From Octopus vulgaris (lineage: Eukaryota): a stretch of DNA of 64,000 nucleotides. The notes under the pieces are model-generated. The model was not told where the DNA came from and did not search any database. It was given only the letters and a program-made list of their open reading frames with translations. The stretch covers positions 24,862,001 through 24,926,000 of the forward strand of contig OX597820.1 of assembly GCA_951406725.2 (NCBI GenBank), given 5' to 3'. Positions 53,446-64,000 of this stretch are shown piece by piece (the first letter of the stretch is position 1; every line of letters starts with the position of its first letter). The position numbers and the translations under genes are program-made.

Positions 53446-54842
53446 ACAATAGACTACACAACTAAATCACATCAGAAAAGCAGCTACAAAACATACGACA
53501 TTAATGCGAAAACCAAAAGTTTAACCACCATCGATGTTAGCGTACAACGACTTAATACACGGAAGCCATTTGTGACCGTGAAAGATGACGAAGCTAATTG
53601 AAATCATAAACCTACACTAATTAATTACAACTAAAAACGAAATAGGTATCATCAACGAATCAATATTAGAAAAAATAATAAGTTGTCCAACATATTACAC
53701 AACCTCAAGCAATGGATGTGTAGTAACATTTCATTGAATAGTTTAAACACATCAATACAAATAGAAATGTAGGGTTATACAGTTTGTTATTTTTGAATTT
53801 TCCCCGTTAATCTCATATCGACCTCCTGCTCTAGGTATTCGAGTTCGGTAAGATATACACCACAATCACCGATTCCGATATTAATATTAACCTGAACGCT
53901 AGAAAATTATTACATCTTCAGGGAAAACTGTTATTGATCTTAGAAAGAAACGGTGATGAAGTCTTCGTCATCGCTGTAGGAAGGGATGACGGAACTAAAT
54001 CTAGTTGTCTTGTTTAACCTATTTAGACTTAGCAACGAAATACGGGAAACCAAAATAAGATTATACAGGAATGATGGTATAGGAATGGCTCATAGCACAA
54101 ATAGACACGACATGAATACTATTGAGAAAGGTTTACTTATGATATCCACACAACTTAGCCTAGAGATTGCAGTTAATGCCAATTACAAAACTGTCAATCA
54201 TTTGGTTGTTAGCATGAACCTTAACAGAGATGGATACCGCTCATTGCTGAAACTAAACGAAGAAATCACTTAAATAAATAAAAGCTCAAGTCATCTACCT
54301 TCAGTTATGAAACAGATCGCAAATAACATTAGTTAGCTCACCCGTTGTCTTTCCCCGGATAAAGCAACTTTCTATGGAACAAAGCCAAACGTCAATGACA
54401 GCATCAGTGTAAGCATCGATTATAGTGAATCTTGCCGTCGGTATAAAAAATGCCGTAGTTCACTCTTGCGTACAGCATATTCGTGACAACAAGTATTGCT
54501 TGAGGGCTTCTCACACTAACACACATTTTCCACATCCACATAAATGCCATAAAATATTTAACAGAAACACTGTTAATGTTAGCACTTCTTGTTGCATAAA
54601 TACAGGTTCATAAAGCTTTAATTACAACAAAATAATATTCCTCAGCAGATTTGCAACTTCACTCCCTCTTAAAACTGTTCTTTAGACAAATATGCCTTGA
54701 GAAGGAACTGGTGTATAGATCCGACATCCACAATTTAGATGGCACAATAAGGATATATATAGGCATCAAAGGAAACGTTCATGGAAAGATACACACAGCA
54801 TACACGCATATATATATATATATATATATGTATATATCCGCG

Positions 54843-55010
54843 TAGGCGTGGCTGTGTTGTAAGTAGCTTGCTTCCCAACCACATGGTTCCAGGTTCAGTC
54901 CCTACTGCATGAAATTTTGGGCAAGTGCCTTCTACTATAGTCTCAGGCCGACTGATGCTTTGTGAGTAGATTTGGTAGAGGGAAACTGAAAGAAGCCCGT
55001 AGTATATGTG
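54843..55010 (+). mobile_element. Family-B SINE, 5' half
   Basis: Consensus match. Confidence 0.85.
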
Positions 55011-56502
55011 CATGTGTGTGTATGTATATATATATATATATATATATACTACGTATGTGTGTATGTACATCATACGAACGAATGACCGATGTGTACTCAA
55101 TACATATCTTTGAAGACGGTTTTATTTATTATTGATACTGAACTAAGATTGTCCCGCGACTAGTGTGTCACAGTACTGCGATCTTCAGGCGAAACAGTTA
55201 CAACTCACTAGTGTTAGTAATGTATATCTATCTATCAATTTATCTATCTATCTATCTATCTATCTACCTACCCACCTACCTACCTACCTACTTATTTATC
55301 TATCTATCTATCTCTATATCTATCATCATCTATCTATCTGTTTGTCTATCTGTCTGTCTGTCCACTTGTCTGTCCGCCCGTCTGTCTGTCTGTCTGTCTG
55401 CCTACCTACCCGACTCTCTTTCTGTCTATCTACGTGTGTGTATATATATCTATCAACGGATTTTCCATACATCATCATGAGATGCCACCCAGGATGATAT
55501 ACGGGTGTTTCCTGGGATCCTTGGGTATTTCAAGTCTTTCATTAATTAGTTATCCTGTTGCGGTCGACCCAATCAGACCAGGGTTCAACGTGTCCCAGTT
55601 AGAGCAAACTCTGGTAGCACTATCTCTTTCACGGCTGACACCAGGTCCTTGACCACTCTTTCGGCAATCTCATATATATATATATAATAACATATTTACG
55701 AGAATCAATCTAGGACCAGAAAACAGGACACAAACAGTCTAAGTTGACATGCACCTCATATTTTTCGCATTCTACACTGCTGTTACCGAATGCGTCATAC
55801 AGCAATAGAGTAGTTTACCTTGATGGTTAAGTACCTACGAACTTAGGTATGCTCCTTATGCGATATGTGGCAGGATAGTACCATCAATATTCACATCAGC
55901 ACAACGTTAATATAATCGAATTTATGTGGAGTTCATCGTATGTTTTCTTTACTGTAATCAGTAACAGAACCATCGTGACACGTACACAAACTCAAACACA
56001 TACGAGCAGACAGGCACACACACAAACGCACGCACGCACGCACACACCCATACACACACACACACACACACACATTGAAATGGCTTGCATATATTCATGT
56101 CTAAGAGTTTAACGAAAACGATATAGAACCATTGAAGACAGTCTAAAGAGACACGAACAATGCATCAATAGTAATATGGCCGAACATTTTAAAGATTATA
56201 ATACAGAACCTCTACCGATATCCTCTATCGAATTAGATGCTTTAAATGTTTTACAGGTATATATTAATTCATCCTACATCACAAATACGAAATTTGATTC
56301 ACAGATCTAATTTGTTTTCCATATATAGTCACCAGCGCCGTTATATAGGTAATTTAATGCTGCTTAGTGTAATATTCTATATTCTTATTGAGATTTAATC
56401 TCAATGATATAAATAATATGCATATATTAATACATATATCCATACATACGTACGTACATAGAAACATATATCTGCATGTGTATATGTGTGGATGTTTATC
56501 TT

Positions 56503-56535
<33 letters not shown>

Positions 56536-56538
56536 ATG

Positions 56539-56589
<51 letters not shown>

Positions 56590-56855
56590 TCTTTTAATCT
56601 TTTCAGTCATTTGACTACGGCCATGCTGTTCTAGTCGAACAAATCGATCCCAGAACTTATGTTTTGCAAGCCTATTACTTATTCTATCTTTTGACGAACC
56701 GATAAGTTACAAGGACAGAAACACACCAACATCGGTTGTCAAGCGATGGTGGGGTGGCAAACACAGACACAAACACACAAATATATACATACACACACAT
56801 ACACATATACTACGGGCTTCTTTCATTTTCCGTCTACCAAATCTACTCACAAAGC
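56590..56855 (-). mobile_element. Family-B SINE, 3' part
   Basis: Reverse-complement consensus match. Confidence 0.82.
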
Positions 56856-56910
56856 ATGTTTGTTTTGTACACCACCTGTCTTCGTCTTTTGTTTTTTTTT
56901 CGTAAACTCT

Positions 56911-56960
<50 letters not shown>

Positions 56961-57137
56961 AGAATTCACAAAAAAAAAACAAAAGACGAAGACTGGTGGT
57001 GTAGACAACAAACAGATATATTAGTATGACGCTCAGGATGTGAAAAAGTCTTTAATGTTTCGAGCCTATGCTCTTCCACAGAAAGGAACACAGAAAGAAA
57101 CGAGAGAAAATAAAGAATGTGTAGTGGCTAGCGATCT

Positions 57138-57140
<3 letters not shown>
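56856..57140 (-). mobile_element. HHR-bearing short element (motif 57050-57085) with an inverted terminal duplication across (TA)n
   Basis: Minus strand: cttt-CTGTGGA-A-GAGC-atag-GCTC-GAAAC-ATT-aaag. 56856-56913 is inverted relative to 56958-57015. Confidence 0.65.
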
Positions 57141-57236
<96 letters not shown>

Positions 57237-57266
57237 CTAGAGAGATACATCTCTTTCTCTCTCTCA

Positions 57267-57325
<59 letters not shown>

Positions 57326-57874
57326 TATCTATCAATTATATATAATTAAAGTCAAAATGAGGGTGAAAAAATTGGATATTAATCTATATCCAAAAAATTG
57401 GATATTAATCTATATTAATCTACATTTTCGTTATTTTTCATTTGTCCTGCTCGCTTACGTTCTTGGTGTGTTGAATTATTTCTTGAGAACAATTCTTAGT
57501 GGTTGAATCCCTTTGCGGATCTATATCTAGCGTAAGAGCGTCCACATAGTGGATTTTCTCTCATAGTTGTGTATCTATTATATATATATATATATGTATA
57601 TGTATGTATAAATTTGGTGTATCTGTTTATTCAAATATAGATATATACTTACATTTACGTATATATGTATGAATGTATGTATGTATGTATGTATGTATGT
57701 ATGTATGTATGTATGTATGTATGTATGTATGTATATTCGTGTGTGTATGTGTGTGTGTGCGTATCTGAACAACAAAGATACACGAAACAATAAAAGGATG
57801 GATGAGTTAAAGTATCATAATCAGTAAGTCTGGCTCTTTTGCAACCCCCACGTCCTACCATAAACTATATCCAT

Positions 57875-57909
<35 letters not shown>

Positions 57910-58689
57910 ACACACACACACACTCACTCACTCTCTCTTCTAATACTTTAAGTAGTAAAGCAACGGAGATGAAATCTCTTACTCCATAAACATAAGAATG
58001 GAAAAGAAACATTGTATCAATCAAATCGAAGATACTGATAAATGTACCCTCGTGCACTTCCGTGACTGCGTGTGCATGTGTATATATATTCGTGTGCGTG
58101 TGCACCTGTGAATGTGTATGTGCCTATATGGTGTGTATATTTGTACAATGAACTTCTTAGATATCAACAAAATACAATGGAGAGGAGCTTAAGCTCATTA
58201 GACAGCTTAACAGATTTCAACATTGTGTTTTTTGCTCTTGTTGTTTTTCGCTTGGTATTAATTTTCTGACTGTAAATGTGTGTGCCTGTGTATGCGTATG
58301 GGTATGTATTTGTGTGTGCGTGTGTGTGTGTGTGTGTTTGTGTGTGGGGGGGGGGGGGGGGCGTGTGTGTGTGTGTGTCCCCATATGTGTGTACATTCAA
58401 AAAAAAATGCTGCTGTGTCGGTAATTTTACATAGTCAGCTTTGAAGTTATCTGTAAGATAAAATCTCGGGATGATGTTGAGTGTGTATAAATATATATAT
58501 ACATACATGTGTACGTAGAAGATACACGCACACGCGTGGTGTACACATACATACTAGCATACACACAAACACAAATGCACATATAGACACAGACACAAAT
58601 ATGTATAAATATATACCTATATATATACGTCAGTGTATGTGTATATATATATATATGCACGCATGTATAAATATATGCCTACATATACG

Positions 58690-58760
<71 letters not shown>

Positions 58761-58879
58761 ATTATGTGTGTATAAGTATATGTGTGTGTGTCTGTCTGTC
58801 TGTGACCTGATGACACAGGGAAATAATACGTATTGAAATTGGATATTAAGATATATTCAGTAAGAGAAATGTGAAACTG

Positions 58880-58953
<74 letters not shown>

Positions 58954-59032
58954 CACACGGAGAGAGTATTTCAAAGACGCGAATAAATGGATAAATAGTA
59001 AAATATGCATAATATATAGCTTGAGAGAGGTG

Positions 59033-59147
<115 letters not shown>

Positions 59148-62100
59148 GAGATTAGTAATGTCTGATTCCGTGCATGAACCTGAGGTGATAACATTAATGT
59201 TTACCGCACTCTTTGTCTAATCTGGAATCAGCCATTTTGTGACGTTCACAAACAGAATTGCTTAACTCAAATACCATCGTCCTCGTCACTCAATGGCTGT
59301 TTTCTAACTTAAACCTTGCTGTACTTTCTAAATTGTTTTATTCATATAAAGATTACAATTGGCGATAAGCTAATGCGAAATACTCCATTCGCTGAGAATG
59401 CTTGATATCGTAACTCATTGCTCGGTCAATAGTGTGTCAACAGTGAAGGCATTTAACTGTTATCTTTATCTAAGAACTATTTCGTTTCCCCATTAGGGCT
59501 TTGTAATTCTACTTCAGATATCAGATAGTCAAAGGTCGTTGCTGCTGCAGTTGCTGTTGTTGTTTTTCGCCCTAAGTCAGTTTTGACCTCGTAGACCTAT
59601 GATCAAATACCTTCTAGACGTAACCATTCTATCTTCTTGTATAACGGAAGCTATATTGGCCATATTAGATGGTAAAGTGTAATTTGATGCAGATTCGGTT
59701 GCTATCTCTTGCAGGTCGTATGACCACGTAGAAATGCCTTTGTTTCTGCTTGTCCCTAAATTTGTGAAAGTAATATTTTGTCTAATTCCCCCTTTTTTTC
59801 TAACACAGGCACAAGCCTGTGATCTCTTATATTCTCCAAGTTTAGGTGAGGATTTTAAGATAGTGTTGTGGAAAGATTCTGACCAGCGCCAAGTGGCTAA
59901 AAGTGGACTGCACGTGGCTATAAAATAAAGTACTGTGAGCAATGGGCAAGCAGTTCACTGTGAGCCGTTGCTTGAGAGCGTTGAGTCTCGAGTAACAGTA
60001 ATCATACTGCGTCGTGTAAATATTTTTTCTTTCCTCCTGCTTCGTTAAATGATATATCCAACACTAGGATATAAACGATAGAATTGGGGCCAAAAACTAA
60101 TTTCTTTAATTAATCAACCATATCTTTTTTCATCGATTAAATCTCCCTTAGCGGGTTATGTGTATGCAGCTGCGTTAAATTATGATGGTAATCTCTCGTA
60201 ATCCGAGAAAGACGGTTCTGCAATTTCTTGCTGAACAACCTGTATAGATAGTTTGTTTATAGGGATCAGATGTTTGTGATGTACTTTAACTTACTCCTTC
60301 AAATCAACATTGCCTCTACAGGTTCACATTCTAACACACATCAAGTGTCGAAGTGATCGCAGAGAAGCGTCAGACGAAGTGTATTACTCAAGAACACAAT
60401 GCAATCCCCTGTCCAGGAATTGAAACCACGATATCGCGACCGTGAAGCAACGCTCTAACCACTAGTCTGTGCGCCCTCACATGTTAAACTATATTTTTAG
60501 TTTTATCAGTTAAACATCGTAAGGAGAGAGGTAAGATTCGACTACTTATGTAAGTGGGATAGAACAATTCGTAGTGACTGCAATGCTGTTTCATATTACT
60601 TAGACATATTTACACTTTGTCAGTGTTACATCGACAAGACCTCTGAACCTTCGAGAAACCGTACTGCTTGGAAGTAGACCTAACACCTCCCCCTGACCCC
60701 TTGAGCTTCCTATTCGACCAGTAGTCTCTTTGCATTAAAATAAAATCACGAACCAAGTGTCCACTTGAATGGAAAATCACACACGTCAGCTGAATGATGG
60801 CCAAGATCCAGGCAAAAGAAACTGAAATCACTCCTAGAATAATCGTCTCCCTAGCAAGATCAAATATTGAAATAATGTGCACAGAATGATGAGAATTGCT
60901 GTGTTGGCTATAATCAATATAATGATTTTCTTTATACCGATCTAATAGGCTAACTCTGTTGACTGGCAATTAATCGATAGAACTATGCTAATATATGTTT
61001 TTGGTTTGTTTGTTTGTTTTTTTCTCCCATTTTGTTTTGTCGTATATTTTTAATAATTTCTTTGAATGGTCATCTTTTGAAAGTTTCCCAAGACTTTTTT
61101 CCTTGTGAAAATTTTGATTTATTGGATAATTCCATCTCTGTCTCCCTGTCTCTCTAACTCTCTCTCCCATCTGTATTTTTTTGTTTTTTGGGGGTTTGTT
61201 TTGGGTTTTTTTTTGCTGAATGTCAACAAATAAAGTTGATTGAGATATATAGAAATAGAGACAATACTTTATTAAATCCATTCAACCCAATTATACTATT
61301 GGTATTTATTTGACCTCAATGCCAGATGATTGCGACACTGAAAACTGACAAACAGGGTATTGTAAAGTATTTTACCTCACTCGCTACCCTCCTTTCCATT
61401 TCGAGCGTTTCAATGTTAAATAAAAATTATTTATAACAAAATATAAAAATTATTCATTATAAAAAAAATAAGTTATATTCTTTATAAAAAAAAAAACTTT
61501 ATTTTTATTAAAAAATAAAAATCCTTTATAAAAAAATATTGATTTCATCGTTAGGCACAAAGAAATGGATACATTTATAAAATTTTTCTCAAATATTTTT
61601 GCTTGCGCATATCAGCATCAACAAGTTAAATTGTTATCTTTTATAGTAACTCCTGCAAGTTAATTTGCAGTATCTTTTCAATTTCCTAAATTAACTCGTT
61701 TTCGACCGTTCTAAGTTATTACGGAAAATATCTAGAAATTTACTGCTAACTGTTTTTACAGCTTTTTTTTTTCTGTCACTTGGTCTATCTGTCTGTTTGT
61801 ATTTTGTTCACCCTATCTCTTTCGTTCGCTCTATTACTCTCAATCTTCTCTAATTTATTTATTTAATTTAATTCCATTTTGTTTTTTATTGGCGCTTTCA
61901 TCTCAATGGAGAACTTTAAATTCAGAGAACGCTATGCTGTAAATCAAATTAGAAGCATCATAAGTGTACTGAATTGGATGCTGCTAAAAACTGAAACCAG
62001 CACACAAAGAGGCATAAGATAGTTTGTTTTGTTTTTTTCCTTTCTGATATACAAATGCACATAGAGAAACAGACACTCTTAAGTACACATATACACACAA

Positions 62101-62383
62101 ATATTTCTTCCACATCTTCCTTAACCATTTGGACTTGTCTCCAGCGTAAGAAATTTTGTGTCGACAAAACTGGTCAATCCACTTTCACTATTGGATGAAC
62201 TCCTTCTATGGAATGATTAGTTCCTTCATTAAAGCTAACGCTGAATCTAGTTGAATCTGTATTCACTTGTGAAATATATAACTTATGCAAAGCTACTCCA
62301 TATGATAGCAAGAAGAAGAAGCATTGCTTTTGTGATTCGAAAGTGTAACCCATGGCATATTTGTTTTCAAACCTTGCCCAATC

Positions 62384-62790
62384 AGGCGTAGGAGTGGCTG
62401 TGTGTTAAGTAGCTTGCTTACCTACCACATGGTTCCGGGTTCAGTCCCACTGTGTGGCACCTTGGGTAAGTGTCTTCTACTATAGCCTCGGGCCGACCAA
62501 AGTCTTGTGAGTGGACTTGGTAGATGGAAACTGAAAGAAGCCCGTCGTATATATATATATACATATATGTGTGTGTTTGTGTGTCTGTGTTTGTCTCCCC
62601 AGCATCGCTTGACAACCGATGCTGGTGTGTTTACGTCCCCGTAACTGAGCGGTTCGGCAAAAGAGACCGATAGAATAAGTACTAGGCTTACAAAGAATAA
62701 GTCCTGGGGTCGATTTGCTCGACTATAGACGGTGCTCCAACATGACCGCAGTCAAATGATGAAACAAGTAAATGAGTAAAGAGAAAAAGA
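62384..62790 (+). mobile_element. Family-B SINE, full length
   Basis: End-to-end consensus match. Confidence 0.92.
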
Positions 62791-63410
62791 GAGAGTAATC
62801 AACATTAATCTTTTTAAACCTAAGTTCCACACTTAAATACATACGTTCAATACCACACACACACACACGCGCGCGCGCGCGCGCACGCACACACACAAAA
62901 TTACATGCACACACACACACACATATATTTTATATATATATATATATACACTTACACATATCTGTATACATATATATATATATATATATATACATGAGCA
63001 CAAACACATACATACTCTACTGTAAAATTTGTAAATTTGACATGTAAATAGATGTCTTAAATTTGGTATCGTATATTTTTTTAAGAAACAAGCAAATGCG
63101 TTTTCTGCGATAGATGGAGTAGCGGTGACGAGTGAAATTTCTGTAAATAATAATATTTATAAGCTTAAAGCTTTTAACTGATCACCGTGTATTGAAAATC
63201 ATCTAATATTTGGGCATATAGCCCTCGACGGTAAAAAGTGTGTTTTACAGCGTACGGAAAACCCACTTTTTTTTCTATCAAGGGCTAATATGCCCCAATA
63301 TTAGACTAGTTTCTTTAGTCAATACACAGCGATTGCTTATAAGCCTTAAGCTTAAAAAGGTTATTATTATCGTATATTTTTATCCACTTTCTCTTTCTTC
63401 TATTAATCTT

Positions 63411-63560
63411 TTCATTGAATAGCTTAAACACATCAATGCAAATACAAATGTAGGGTTATACAGTTTGTTATTTTTGAATTTTCCCCGTTAATCTCATATC
63501 GACCTCCTGCTCTAGGTATTCGAGTTCGGTAAGCTATACACCACAATCACCGATTCCGAT
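63411..63560 (+). repeat. 150-bp near-identical copy of 53730-53879
   Basis: Only about 4-5 substitutions by eye. Confidence 0.93.
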
Positions 63561-63740
63561 GTTAAAAACAAACAAAAAGAACGAAGCTCCAATAACGGAC
63601 AGAGTCAACAACTATTGAAAAGGTTGCAAAAAGCAACGAAAATTTTAGAAAAAATAAATAAGTAAATGAGTGGAAATCGAACCGATGAGTTGTCAATTAA
63701 TAAGGTATTGAAACAGAATGACTCTCCCCAGACACAGCAA

Positions 63741-63790
<50 letters not shown>

Positions 63791-63794
63791 TATG

Positions 63795-63960
63795 TGGCTA
63801 TGCAGTAAGAAGTTTGTTTTTCAACCACATAGTTCTGGGTTCAGTCCCACGGTGTGGCAGTTTGGGCAAGTGTCTTGTACTCTAACCTCGGGAGCGGCCA
63901 AAGACTTGTAAGCGGATTTCGTAGACGGCAGCTGAAAGAATCTCGTCGTAAATATTTGTG
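63795..63960 (+). mobile_element. Family-B SINE, 5' half
   Basis: Diverged consensus match. Confidence 0.8.
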
Positions 63961-64000
63961 AGTGTATTTGTGTGTCTTCGTGTGTGCTCAATGAAACAAT

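Larger units (their letters stand above)
48200..54790 (+). mobile_element. Decayed Penelope-like element (RT plus GIY-YIG start), split by the Gypsy provirus and a SINE
   Basis: ENI..PSKKFYIRQLLE..RLK | KWKALFY joins across the Gypsy insertion. Further motifs: ADKTN, F.TVKD.E..LIN..KNEIG, QF.IFEF.P.IS, LYRNDG, VNHLVVSMNL, SSHLPSVMKQI, HFPHPHKCHKIFNRNTVNVSTSC, CL..LVY..YIG. Confidence 0.8.

Noticed and set aside
58807-58850. CTGATGA...GAAA motif
   Set aside because: No credible stem II or stem I.
59809-60969. Candidate small exons (acceptor ending 59808; 119-aa minus ORF 60610-60969 with a hydrophobic stretch)
   Set aside because: No consistent splice pair, frame or homology can be supported without RNA-seq.

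Overview
AT-rich, microsatellite-dense animal genomic DNA. The SINE families and the (TA)n/(TG)n/(TAA)n load look like a coleoid cephalopod such as octopus (inference from recall, no database check). Almost all short ORFs are microsatellite read-through. One convincing host coding segment is present: a large terminal exon at 26909-28124 (+), encoding a disordered region and a C-terminal coiled coil ending in HTEL. The rest is mostly transposon debris: a Tigger/pogo DDE element, an RTE fragment, R4/Dong-type (RLE) fragments in (TAA)n tracts, mariner and hAT derivatives, three SINE families, and a decayed Ty3/Gypsy provirus nested in a decayed Penelope-like element. The most interesting signal is a dispersed set of short elements embedded in (TA)n that carry minimal type I hammerhead-ribozyme (HHR)-like motifs. 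These include a G3/C8 covariant core and a 345-bp retrozyme-like unit. Several are fold-back inverted duplications that turn at or inside the ribozyme; one turns exactly at the predicted cleavage site after three reiterated terminal repeats. All coordinates and alignments were read by eye.
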